A stretch of DNA of 64,000 nucleotides from a virus. Positions 9,331-17,793 of this stretch are shown here, in pieces. Numbering within the stretch: the first letter of the stretch is position 1; each line of letters begins with the position of its first letter. The translations under genes were made by a program, and so were the position numbers. The stretch is from positions 9,130 through 73,129 of IMG/VR virus record IMGVR_UViG_3300029998_000020, one strand, 5' to 3'. A model generated the notes under the pieces. The model was not told the origin of the DNA. It did no database searches and worked only from the letters and a program-made list of their open reading frames with translations.

Positions 9331-9825
9331 TTACATTATTTTTTTAGTTAATTTATTGAATATTGGAGCACAGTGTTTTAATTTGCACCACTGGACAGAT
9401 TTTAATGTTTTTGTGTCATATAAGCTTCCTGTCATTTCTCCATTATATGAAATATCATGATAATAAACTTTACCCCAATGATACACAAGAACCATATTTC
9501 TTTTGTTCTCTGAATTGTGATATGGTACTTCTTTACCAAGAATATAATTATCTGATAATTTATAATCCTTATATTCAAAGTTATCTAAGCTTTGATATTC
9601 TGTACCATCAAACACCCAAGAATCTTTAATACTATTGAAGTAAATATTCATTAATCTACTGAACTCTTGAGATTTAATTATAGTAGAGTTAAGAAGAAGA
9701 AATTCATTGAATGATATTCTTTTATCTACTAACTTTATATCATTCCTTATAGAAAATGTGTCTGTATTTTCATTGTATTGCACTAATTTACCACAATCAG
9801 TTTTATAATACACTTTCTTATTCAT
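9331..9825 (-). CDS. Hypothetical protein
   Basis: 164 aa ORF. Confidence 0.65.
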   Translation of the reverse strand: MNKKVYYKTDCGKLVQYNENTDTFSIRNDIKLVDKRISFNEFLLLNSTIIKSQEFSRLMNIYFNSIKDSWVFDGTEYQSLDNFEYKDYKLSDNYILGKEVPYHNSENKRNMVLVYHWGKVYYHDISYNGEMTGSLYDTKTLKSVQWCKLKHCAPIFNKLTKKIM

Positions 9826-9828
9826 GAT

Positions 9829-10161
9829 TTATTTTTTAAGAGTAAGTAAATAATATTCATCTTTATTTATCATAGATTTATATGATAATTCAGATTTACA
9901 TTGATAATTACCAGACGGTAACATCATCAATATATCTTGTTCTTCAATAGGTAAATCAAGTTGTCCATAATCGCCATCTAAGAAACATGGAATATCAAAT
10001 TCTGCTAATTCCTCAGCATCATCGTGTATATAAGCTCCTTTTCCTATTGGAAGATTAATAAGTTTACCTAAATTAATATTCTCAGTGGATATTAATAATT
10101 CACTTTGTTCAGAAGAAAACATTCCATGCGGATTTGTTGTAGTAAATCTTAATTGCTTCAT
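9829..10161 (-). CDS. Hypothetical protein
   Basis: 110 aa ORF. Confidence 0.65.
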   Translation of the reverse strand: MKQLRFTTTNPHGMFSSEQSELLISTENINLGKLINLPIGKGAYIHDDAEELAEFDIPCFLDGDYGQLDLPIEEQDILMMLPSGNYQCKSELSYKSMINKDEYYLLTLKK

Positions 10162-10279
10162 AATTATTTTTAAAATATAAAAAATCTTATAACATTACAT
10201 AAAGATATCAAAAGACATATTAGTATAAATTTCATTTCTTTTTTCATATGATTTTTTATTAGTATACATTTTTCACATA

Positions 10280-10819
10280 TTATTTAATATCTACAAATTG
10301 ATGTAAGTTTAAACCAACACTGATTCCTTGTTCTCTTATTCCACACGTATATTTAATGTCAATTTTTTTGAATGATGAACAGATTATAATGCCTGTATTA
10401 TAATATGAACTAGAACTACCCAATTTAATATGTCCATATTCCATATCACTATATAATTGTGATTTAGAAACAAGCCCCACAAATGGTATGACATATAACC
10501 ATTTGTTTGTTGTAATACAATATCCAACTTTGAAACTTTCAAGTAATTCTTTATCTGTTAAATATCCTTCACCATATACATTTTCTGGACTCGAACCATA
10601 ATTACTACCATATGAAAAATAACAATTAAGAAAAGTAATACCAAATGATAATACGATAGGAGAAGAATAATTTGTGTTTAAATATGACACTCCTAAATCA
10701 AACGTGTTAATACCAAATGGATATTTACCAGTGTATGGTTTTTTAAAACTCCAATCTGATTTAGATTGTGAAAACACACTCACAGAAACAATCAACATTA
10801 ACAATGATATTTTTTTCAT
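10280..10819 (-). CDS. Secreted protein, possible small outer-membrane beta-barrel
   Basis: Signal peptide MKKISLLMLIVSVSVFSQ; alternating aromatic/Gly strands; ends GISVGLNL. Confidence 0.55.
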   Translation of the reverse strand: MKKISLLMLIVSVSVFSQSKSDWSFKKPYTGKYPFGINTFDLGVSYLNTNYSSPIVLSFGITFLNCYFSYGSNYGSSPENVYGEGYLTDKELLESFKVGYCITTNKWLYVIPFVGLVSKSQLYSDMEYGHIKLGSSSSYYNTGIIICSSFKKIDIKYTCGIREQGISVGLNLHQFVDIK

Positions 10820-10830
10820 ATAATTTTTTA

Positions 10831-11247
10831 TTAGTATACATTTACTTCAGAAAATTTGCAAATATTTAGTATTTCTATATCTTTTGATACATCATTACCT
10901 ATACTTCTATTATATGGTATATCAACAGTGAAAAAATAATCTTTCCTGATGTTCCACATTTTTGATTCTCTGTTACCCCAGAATATCACAAAATATGAGC
11001 TATCTGATTTCAATTTAATTGTCATGTCAGTATAATAGCTATCTTTGAAGTACATTTTAAATGTTGTGTCATTAAAACTAGCATACTCACTTAATGACAG
11101 ATAATCTTTATTCTCGATGATACAATCTTTAAAATTGTCTTTTCTGAAATCTGATTTTTCTGATATTTTAATAGCAAATTGATATATTAATGCTGAATAT
11201 AAACTGAATATCAGTATAAACCATAATGCAACTAATGTTTTTTTCAT
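10831..11247 (-). CDS. Membrane-anchored protein, paralog of 11752-12072
   Basis: N-terminal TM; shared SYYT.xTIKL...WGNR.S..W....D.FF. Confidence 0.65.
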   Translation of the reverse strand: MKKTLVALWFILIFSLYSALIYQFAIKISEKSDFRKDNFKDCIIENKDYLSLSEYASFNDTTFKMYFKDSYYTDMTIKLKSDSSYFVIFWGNRESKMWNIRKDYFFTVDIPYNRSIGNDVSKDIEILNICKFSEVNVY

Positions 11248-11255
11248 ACTTTTTA

Positions 11256-11771
11256 TTATTCTTCTATAAAATTACCAATTAAATTATCACTAAATAGACT
11301 ATCTGATTTGATAAAAATAGTATAACCATTTTCATATTTTTCTATGAAATTTTCATAATTATCATCAATTGTTCCTTTGAGTTCTTTAAGTTCAAGACAA
11401 TCAAAAACTTTAAATGCATTATAATCATACTCTTTTGATTTTTTACTCAGCCAGTCCTTTCTTTCTTCTTTTGTTTTAAAAGACTCAACGCCATGCCTAT
11501 GTTCATATGCAATAAAATCATGCTCTACTATTACCACATTTCCGTCGTCAATTATAATGTATGATTTCTCAGATAATTTAGATTTTGTTATACTTTTATC
11601 ATATTCATATAACAATGAATCAACATCACCCTTATTTTCAACAAAACTGGATAACCAATAGTCATTGAATTTATTTTTATCATTAGATTTTTTAAATTCT
11701 TCAATGAGTTCTTGCCTAATGGACAAATATCTTGAAATTAAATCATTATCTTTATTTACTATTGGTTTCAT
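11256..11771 (-). CDS. Hypothetical protein
   Basis: 171 aa ORF. Confidence 0.65.
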   Translation of the reverse strand: MKPIVNKDNDLISRYLSIRQELIEEFKKSNDKNKFNDYWLSSFVENKGDVDSLLYEYDKSITKSKLSEKSYIIIDDGNVVIVEHDFIAYEHRHGVESFKTKEERKDWLSKKSKEYDYNAFKVFDCLELKELKGTIDDNYENFIEKYENGYTIFIKSDSLFSDNLIGNFIEE

Positions 11772-12072
11772 AATAATGAGTTTTTGATTTAAGAATGTTC
11801 AAAATATGAGTATCAATATCTGTGTGTTTGGTTTTACTGACAATGTTAGCACAAAAAAAGAAATCTTCTTTAAAATACCATAACCATGATTTTCTATTAC
11901 CCCAGTAACACACACAATAAAATCTATCATCATTCCCACATTCAGATAGTTTAATAGTTAACATGGTATAATAACTATTTTTTATAGGCATAAAAAAATG
12001 ATGATTAATACTATCATATTCAAACTTATCAAAGTTTTTTAGTATGAAATCTTTACATTTTGATTTTCTCAT
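11752..12072 (-). CDS. Hypothetical protein, paralog of 10831-11247
   Basis: SYYTMLTIKL...YWGNRKSWLW. Confidence 0.65.
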   Translation of the reverse strand: MRKSKCKDFILKNFDKFEYDSINHHFFMPIKNSYYTMLTIKLSECGNDDRFYCVCYWGNRKSWLWYFKEDFFFCANIVSKTKHTDIDTHILNILKSKTHYYETNSK

Positions 12073-12443
12073 GATTCAATTTTTAAATCACCAAAAATAT
12101 CTTTATTGTCATTCACCATCTCTTGTAGCTGTTTTGATCTTGGTGCCATTTTAAATACATTTAAATAAAGTTGAGCAACATCATTTAAATCTATTATGAT
12201 CAAGTGAGTATATAACAAGTCGATTGTCATTTCTTCTATGTTCCAACCTTCTTTTTCCCTAATACCATCAGATAATTCTTCAATTAATGCAAAATCTCCA
12301 CAGATTAACTTAATTAATCTTGAAACTTCAGAATTATACTTTTTTTCTTTGTGACATATTGTAATTACTTTATCAGATTTTTTTCTAATTTTTTTCAATA
12401 TTTCCTCAAAATTACCAAGTGGCTTTATATCTTCTATTTTCAT
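12069..12443 (-). CDS. Hypothetical protein
   Basis: 124 aa ORF, ATGA overlaps. Confidence 0.65.
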   Translation of the reverse strand: MKIEDIKPLGNFEEILKKIRKKSDKVITICHKEKKYNSEVSRLIKLICGDFALIEELSDGIREKEGWNIEEMTIDLLYTHLIIIDLNDVAQLYLNVFKMAPRSKQLQEMVNDNKDIFGDLKIES

Positions 12444-12676
12444 ATCTTAGATTCTTCTTTTGTCTTTTTTAATTCTATTTCTTTGAATTTCTTCTTTGTT
12501 TCTTCAATGTTTTTATTCATTTTTCTGATAATTGAACGAATTTCATCTTCTCTTTGTTCAGCTAAACTATCTTCACTCCATTGTTCGTACCTAAAATGAT
12601 ATTTTGGATGATAAATTTTAGCAATACTATTCAATGCTTCACTTTTATACTGTCGTATGATTTCATTTTTTGTCAT
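12440..12676 (-). CDS. Hypothetical protein, tandem paralog of 12715-12921
   Basis: EALN.IAKIY.PKY.F.Y shared. Confidence 0.7.
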   Translation of the reverse strand: MTKNEIIRQYKSEALNSIAKIYHPKYHFRYEQWSEDSLAEQREDEIRSIIRKMNKNIEETKKKFKEIELKKTKEESKI

Positions 12677-12714
12677 TGCCTTATAATTTAGATTGTTTTA
12701 TATTTTCTCTTTGT

Positions 12715-12921
12715 TTACTCAATGTCTTTATGCATCTGTTCAATGATAGAACTTATTTTATGCTCCCTTTGTTCAGAACAACTTACATCATCACCAAAGT
12801 CATAGTAATCTCCTATATCATCCCTGTCATAGTAGTCAAACTTATATTTTGGATTATAAATTTTCGCAATATTATTCAATGCCTCATTTCTAATTTGTTG
12901 TAATATTTGATCTCTTGTCAT
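12715..12921 (-). CDS. Hypothetical protein, tandem paralog of 12440-12676 (C-terminus possibly truncated)
   Basis: Stops early relative to paralog (HKDIE*). Confidence 0.65.
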   Translation of the reverse strand: MTRDQILQQIRNEALNNIAKIYNPKYKFDYYDRDDIGDYYDFGDDVSCSEQREHKISSIIEQMHKDIE

Positions 12922-12941
12922 TGAATTATATTTTAGAATGT

Positions 12942-13121
12942 TTATTCATTAAGTCCAGATAGTTCAATAACAATATCTTCTTTTAATTTACCAGTACAAA
13001 TTGCAAGAACCTCACTAATTTCAAAAATTGAAATTTGGTTTTCAACGTCTGCTTGATTTTTGTTTGATCTAACAAATGCTCTTGCATTATTAATCATCAT
13101 TTGATAATAAGGATTTTCCAT
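12942..13121 (-). CDS. 59 aa hypothetical protein; not in ORF track
   Basis: MENPYYQMMINNARAFVRSN...ELSGLNE fills the gap in the operon. Confidence 0.55.
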   Translation of the reverse strand: MENPYYQMMINNARAFVRSNKNQADVENQISIFEISEVLAICTGKLKEDIVIELSGLNE

Positions 13122-13122
13122 T

Positions 13123-13365
13123 TTATTTAGTTTTTATTGATAATTCATTAACTATAGTATTCATGTCCTCAACTATTGGAACAATCTTGGCTCTTACTTC
13201 TTCTGATAGAATATAGTCCTTTACAAATAACAATTGGCACGAAATAGAGTCAAACTCATTCTTCAATTTGTTTAGTTCCTCAGATATTTTTCTGTACTTT
13301 TCTTTTTGATCTGGATTAAGCTGTTTCATTTTATTTAGTTTTATAATTATGATACAAAGATACAA
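13123..13365 (-). CDS. Small coiled-coil protein (true start probably MKQLNP)
   Basis: Annotated 5' part overlaps the promoter at 13355-13383. Confidence 0.6.
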   Translation of the reverse strand: MYLCIIIIKLNKMKQLNPDQKEKYRKISEELNKLKNEFDSISCQLLFVKDYILSEEVRAKIVPIVEDMNTIVNELSIKTK

Positions 13366-13383
13366 CTATTTTTTATGATTCAA
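13355..13383 (-). promoter_or_regulatory. Bacteroidota sigma70-type promoter
   Basis: TTG-N18-TATCTTTG. Confidence 0.6.
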
Positions 13384-13675
13384 GTAAAATATTATTATTT
13401 TTTGTGATTTTTTGTGATTCTTCTATTTGTTTTAATTTTACTTTCCTTTCTTCTTTCTCAGAATAAAAAAATCTATTAAAATTAGGAAGTTCTTCATAAT
13501 CTTTTTCTAATGAGAAACAATAATAAGTATATCGATTATTTTCATTAATATTACGCATCTCAACAAAATATCTAAATAACTCATTCATAACATAATAATT
13601 ACCTCTAACGAAATCATATATTGATTCTTTACAACAATATTTCCTTTTTGTGTTTTTAATTCTACTATCCAACAT
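13373..13675 (-). CDS. Small protein with C-terminal tag, paralog of 13665-13913
   Basis: KYCCKESIY...FFYSEKEERKVKLKQI. Confidence 0.7.
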   Translation of the reverse strand: MLDSRIKNTKRKYCCKESIYDFVRGNYYVMNELFRYFVEMRNINENNRYTYYCFSLEKDYEELPNFNRFFYSEKEERKVKLKQIEESQKITKNNNILLES

Positions 13676-13913
13676 TATTGAGGCTTTCTAATTTTAACAT
13701 TCTTTCTTCTTTTTCACTGTAAAAATAATCATAAAAATAAAAATAGTAAGTTGTATATTTAAATATACAGAAAATTTCATCAAACTCTATTCCATCCACT
13801 ATCAAACGTAATATAACATCACTGTTGCTACACCAAGTTGTGTAATAACTATGCCCTTTTTCAAATCTATATATTGACTTCTTACAAAGATACTTTGTAC
13901 CTATTTTCAACAT
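13665..13913 (-). CDS. KIG-type small protein with C-terminal tag
   Basis: MLKIGTKYLCKKSIY...YFYSEKEERMLKLESL. Confidence 0.7.
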   Translation of the reverse strand: MLKIGTKYLCKKSIYRFEKGHSYYTTWCSNSDVILRLIVDGIEFDEIFCIFKYTTYYFYFYDYFYSEKEERMLKLESLNNVG

Positions 13914-13928
13914 TGTTTATATTTTTTA

Positions 13929-13958
13929 CAAAGATAATAAAAATATTTTATATGACAA
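13929..13958 (-). promoter_or_regulatory. Bacteroidota sigma70-type promoter
   Basis: TTG-N19-TATCTTTG. Confidence 0.7.
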
Positions 13959-13991
13959 TTTTTTTATATAAGAGAAATAAAAAAATTAAAT

Positions 13992-14081
13992 ATGAAATAT
14001 GCAAAAATATTTGAATTGTATCATGAGTATGATATAAATTATGTGGGTACTCGTGGTGGCTCTCCTAATAATAAAAAATAA
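13992..14081 (+). CDS. 29 aa micro-ORF with MKY.K.FE N-terminus; not in ORF track
   Basis: MKYAKIFELYHEYDINYVGTRGGSPNNKK, preceded by TTTTATATA, followed by terminator. Confidence 0.4.
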   Translation: MKYAKIFELYHEYDINYVGTRGGSPNNKK

Positions 14082-14113
14082 AAAAAAGTCAGAATAATTA
14101 TTCTGACTTTTTT
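14082..14113. terminator. Perfect palindrome / bidirectional terminator downstream of dnaK
   Basis: Identical to 8438-8471. Confidence 0.75.
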
Positions 14114-14132
14114 ATGTTAATTATGTTAAATA

Positions 14133-16007
14133 TTATTTTATTTCCTCAAAATCCACGTCTGTTACATTTTCAGAATCATCTTTTTTGTCAGATGAATTGC
14201 TTTCATTCGTTGACTGATTTTTTGATTCTTCATAAAGTTTACCACTAATGTTTTGCCAAACATCATTAAGTTCTTTGGTGTATTTATCAATATTATCAAC
14301 ATTTTGAGTTTTGTGAGCTTCTTTAAGATTATCAAGTTTAGAATTCAATTCAGTTTTGTTTTCTTCATTCAATTTATCACCAAATTCTTCAATTTGTTTT
14401 TCAGTTTGAAAAATCATTGAGTCAGCTTGATTCAACTTATCAACTTTTTCTTTTTCTTTCTTATCAGCATCAGAATTTTGTTCAGCTTCCATTTTCATTC
14501 TTTCAATCTCTTCTTTTGTTAGAGATGAATTACCTTCAATCCTAATGTCATTCTTTTTTCCTGTTGCTTTATCAACTGCAGTAACTGTCAAAATATTATT
14601 TGCATCAATTGAAAACGAAATTTCTATTTGCGGTACTCCTCGTCTGGCTGGCATAATTCCATCTAAATTAAAAGTTCCCAACATTTTATTATCCTTAAAC
14701 ATACTTCTATTTCCAGTTGAAACATTAATCTGAACACCAGGCTGATTGTCAGTGGCTGTACTGAATATTTGTGTCTTAGTTGTAGGAATTGTTGTATTAG
14801 CCTCTACCATGACACTGGCTACACCGCCCATACTCTCCAGTGAGAAGTTTAAAGCTGTAACATCGAGTAATAAGATGTCAGTTGTATCACCAGCAAGAAC
14901 AGATGCTTGTATAGCTGCACCTGATGCAATTGCAGTATCAGGATTAAGTGACTTATTCGCTTTCTTACCAAAATATTTTTCAATACTTTCTGACAAATAT
15001 GGAATTCTAGTGCTACCTCCAACAAGTACAATTTCGTCAATATCTGAAACTTTCTTACCACTTTTATTCATTGATGATTGAATCAATGATATTGTTTTAT
15101 CAACATAGAATTGAATCAATTGTTCAAATTTAGATCTTGTTAATTTTTGAACCAAATGTTTAGGTTGTCCATCTACAGCAGTGATGTATGGTAAATTTAT
15201 TTCTGTTTGTGTAGTATTAGACAATTCTATTTTTGCTTTTTCTGATGCTTCTGTAACACGTTGTAGAGCCATTGGATCTTTACGAATATCAACGCCTGTT
15301 TCTTTTAAAAATTCATCAGATATAAAATTCACAAGTGCGTCATCAATTAAATTACCACCTAAATCTAAATCACCATCAGTTCCAATAACTTCAAATAATC
15401 CGTCCTCTATATCTAAAACTGAAAAATCACTTGTACACCCACCACTATCAACTATCATATAAAGTTTACCAGTTTTATCTTTAATATTTAATGATGCTGC
15501 TGTTGGTTCAGATATAATTCTATCAACAGTAAATCCTGCTATTTCACCTGCAACTTTTGTACTGCTTCTTTCATCTGAATTGAAATATGCTGGAGTTGTT
15601 ATGACCGCATTGGTTACATTTGTTCCAAGGTAATCTTCTGCTGTTTTTTTCATTTTTTGAAGGATCATTGCAGAAATTTCTTCTGGTGAATATATTCTTT
15701 CACCAATTTTTACACCAGCCTTACCATTATTATCAACTATATCATAAGGACGTTTAAGATGTTTAACTTCCTCATAAGTTCTACCAATAAGTCTTTTGAT
15801 ATTAAAAATTGTGTTTTTTGGATTTAATGCTGCTTGTCTTTTTGCAGATTCACCAACTTTAATTTCTCCTGTTTTTTCATCAAATGATACAATTGAAGGA
15901 GTTGATAGCGATCCTTCTGAATTAGGTATGACAATTGTTTGTCCACCTTCTACTATAGATACGGCTGAATTGTATGAACCTAAATCTATTCCAATAATTT
16001 TTCCCAT
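14133..16007 (-). CDS. dnaK: Hsp70 chaperone DnaK
   Basis: MGKIIGIDLG, IKRLIGR, EPTAA, VGGSTRIP, DNQPGV, RGVPQIEISF, C-terminal DVDFEEIK. Confidence 0.97.
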   Translation of the reverse strand: MGKIIGIDLGSYNSAVSIVEGGQTIVIPNSEGSLSTPSIVSFDEKTGEIKVGESAKRQAALNPKNTIFNIKRLIGRTYEEVKHLKRPYDIVDNNGKAGVKIGERIYSPEEISAMILQKMKKTAEDYLGTNVTNAVITTPAYFNSDERSSTKVAGEIAGFTVDRIISEPTAASLNIKDKTGKLYMIVDSGGCTSDFSVLDIEDGLFEVIGTDGDLDLGGNLIDDALVNFISDEFLKETGVDIRKDPMALQRVTEASEKAKIELSNTTQTEINLPYITAVDGQPKHLVQKLTRSKFEQLIQFYVDKTISLIQSSMNKSGKKVSDIDEIVLVGGSTRIPYLSESIEKYFGKKANKSLNPDTAIASGAAIQASVLAGDTTDILLLDVTALNFSLESMGGVASVMVEANTTIPTTKTQIFSTATDNQPGVQINVSTGNRSMFKDNKMLGTFNLDGIMPARRGVPQIEISFSIDANNILTVTAVDKATGKKNDIRIEGNSSLTKEEIERMKMEAEQNSDADKKEKEKVDKLNQADSMIFQTEKQIEEFGDKLNEENKTELNSKLDNLKEAHKTQNVDNIDKYTKELNDVWQNISGKLYEESKNQSTNESNSSDKKDDSENVTDVDFEEIK

Positions 16008-16025
16008 AATTTTTTAATTTATTTT

Positions 16026-16259
16026 TTATTTTTTATTAATTTTTATTAATTGTAATTTTCTATATTCTTTTAGTGATATGAATCTGTTAGCATCAAATCT
16101 ACCTTTTATATTAGTTAATCCTACACTATTAACATTATAACTATAACAATACTCATCTATGACATACGTAGAATATTTTTTTAAATTCTTATATGGTTCA
16201 AAAGTAGTAGCATCATCACCATCATCAATACAAACAACTATATCTCCTATTTTAAACAT
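16026..16259 (-). CDS. KIGD-type small protein with C-terminal tag
   Basis: MFKIGDIVVCIDD...FISLKEYRKLQLIKIN. Confidence 0.75.
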   Translation of the reverse strand: MFKIGDIVVCIDDGDDATTFEPYKNLKKYSTYVIDEYCYSYNVNSVGLTNIKGRFDANRFISLKEYRKLQLIKINKK

Positions 16260-16358
16260 ATAATATTTAATTACTTATTATTAATCAATAGTCATGCCAA
16301 AACAATGATAGTGTCATTGAGTCATAATATATGACAAATTGACACTATCTTTATTTTT

Positions 16359-16637
16359 TTAACTGTCAAACACGATCATCATTTTATTTATCCAAGGATG
16401 TGCTTCAAAAAAAGCTAATATCCAATAATATGCTTCTGGATCATAATCATCTTTATTTTCTTCAATTAATTCTGATTTTCTCCAATGAGATTTACCTTCG
16501 ACTGATGATATATGATGTTCTCTTATATAATCACAACATTTGTTCCATTCCATATTAGAATTTATTGTTATAAATTCTATAATATCACATTCATCCACAT
16601 AATGTATCTGTTGAGTTTCGTCTAATACTTGTTTCAT
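16359..16637 (-). CDS. Hypothetical protein
   Basis: 92 aa ORF. Confidence 0.65.
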   Translation of the reverse strand: MKQVLDETQQIHYVDECDIIEFITINSNMEWNKCCDYIREHHISSVEGKSHWRKSELIEENKDDYDPEAYYWILAFFEAHPWINKMMIVFDS

Positions 16638-16646
16638 ATTTTATAT

Positions 16647-16829
16647 TTAATAATACCAACAATTTAAACAAGCTTCAACATTATCATCAATTTGAACTAA
16701 TGATTCTAAATCTTGACTTCCATGTGGAAAATCCTCATTGCTTGAAATCTTTTCTCTCAAATCATCAATATGTTTTAATAGATTTTCTCTAAGAGTTACT
16801 TCATATTTTTTTCTATCTTCTTCTGTCAT
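16647..16829 (-). CDS. Hypothetical protein
   Basis: 60 aa ORF behind the promoter at 16844. Confidence 0.6.
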   Translation of the reverse strand: MTEEDRKKYEVTLRENLLKHIDDLREKISSNEDFPHGSQDLESLVQIDDNVEACLNCWYY

Positions 16830-16843
16830 TTTTATATTTTGTG

Positions 16844-16875
16844 CAAAGATAATAAAAATATTTGTATCTTACAAA
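16844..16875 (-). promoter_or_regulatory. Bacteroidota sigma70-type promoter
   Basis: TTTG-N20-TATCTTTG. Confidence 0.65.
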
Positions 16876-16883
16876 TTTTCGCA

Positions 16884-16918
16884 AAAAAAGGATGAAAATA
16901 ATTTTTTCATCCTTTTTT
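16884..16918 (-). terminator. Intrinsic terminator after rtcB
   Basis: AAAAAAGGATGAAAA-TAAT-TTTTCATCCTTTTTT. Confidence 0.75.
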
Positions 16919-16920
16919 AA

Positions 16921-17793
16921 TTAAAACTTTTTCATTTTTTGGTAAGAAATTTCATTTCTTTCGTTACTACGTTGCTTATCTTTCTTTTTTTGTTCTTTCT
17001 TGTCCTTCCAAGATGTACCTTCAGATTTATCTTTGATATTTAAGATTGGTTTGATTTTATCAAGAATCAAAGCAGTAGGTCCAATTGCTTTTTCAATCAT
17101 TTCAGAGTTTTTGTAAGCAAATGGTGATTCATCAATTGTACTTTTACATACAGAAGTTGAATATATACCTTTCATTACTCTCTGAAAGTCTTTTAAATCA
17201 ACTGACTCTTTTGCTTTTGATCTTGACATCAAACGACCAGAACCATGTGGAGCTGAGTTATTCCAATCTTCATTTGATTTACCTTCACATATAAGTATTC
17301 CATCTCTCATATTGAATGGTATAATCATTTTTTCTCCAACATATGAAGATATAGCACCTTTTCTTATGATAAAGTCTTTGAAATCCACATAGTTATGTAT
17401 TGAATGAATTTCTTCATCAAATTTTTTGATATTCAATGCTTTTTTTATCAAAGACAACATAGTTTTTCTGCTCCATAGAGCATATTGTTGAGCAAAAATC
17501 ATATCAAATAGATAACCAATAAGATATTCTCCGTCTAAATATTCTTTGCCAATATTAAGACTGTATCTTGTTCTCAATTCTTTTATTTTTTTATCAATAT
17601 CAGATTTTGGATAAGTATTCATAGTAATGTCATCCAATTCCATGTTATATTCTTTGGTTGCAACAAATACTTTACCATTTGCTACTTTAGTCCAGTGTTC
17701 AGCTATTTTCAAACCAAAGTTTCTTGAGCCAGAGTGAACTGTTACCCAATAATCATTAGTCTTATCTGACTTACCAAGTTCAATAAAGTGATT
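16921..17793 (-). CDS. rtcB: RNA ligase RtcB, exon 2
   Basis: NHFIELG, VHSGSRNFG, HNY, SAPHGSGR.MSR, DESP.AYK. Confidence 0.92.
   Translation of the reverse strand, partial: NHFIELGKSDKTNDYWVTVHSGSRNFGLKIAEHWTKVANGKVFVATKEYNMELDDITMNTYPKSDIDKKIKELRTRYSLNIGKEYLDGEYLIGYLFDMIFAQQYALWSRKTMLSLIKKALNIKKFDEEIHSIHNYVDFKDFIIRKGAISSYVGEKMIIPFNMRDGILICEGKSNEDWNNSAPHGSGRLMSRSKAKESVDLKDFQRVMKGIYSTSVCKSTIDESPFAYKNSEMIEKAIGPTALILDKIKPILNIKDKSEGTSWKDKKEQKKKDKQRSNERNEISYQKMKKF

Noticed and set aside
14545-16017. Multiple + and - strand ORFs inside dnaK
   Set aside because: Antisense or alternate-frame shadows of a highly conserved gene.
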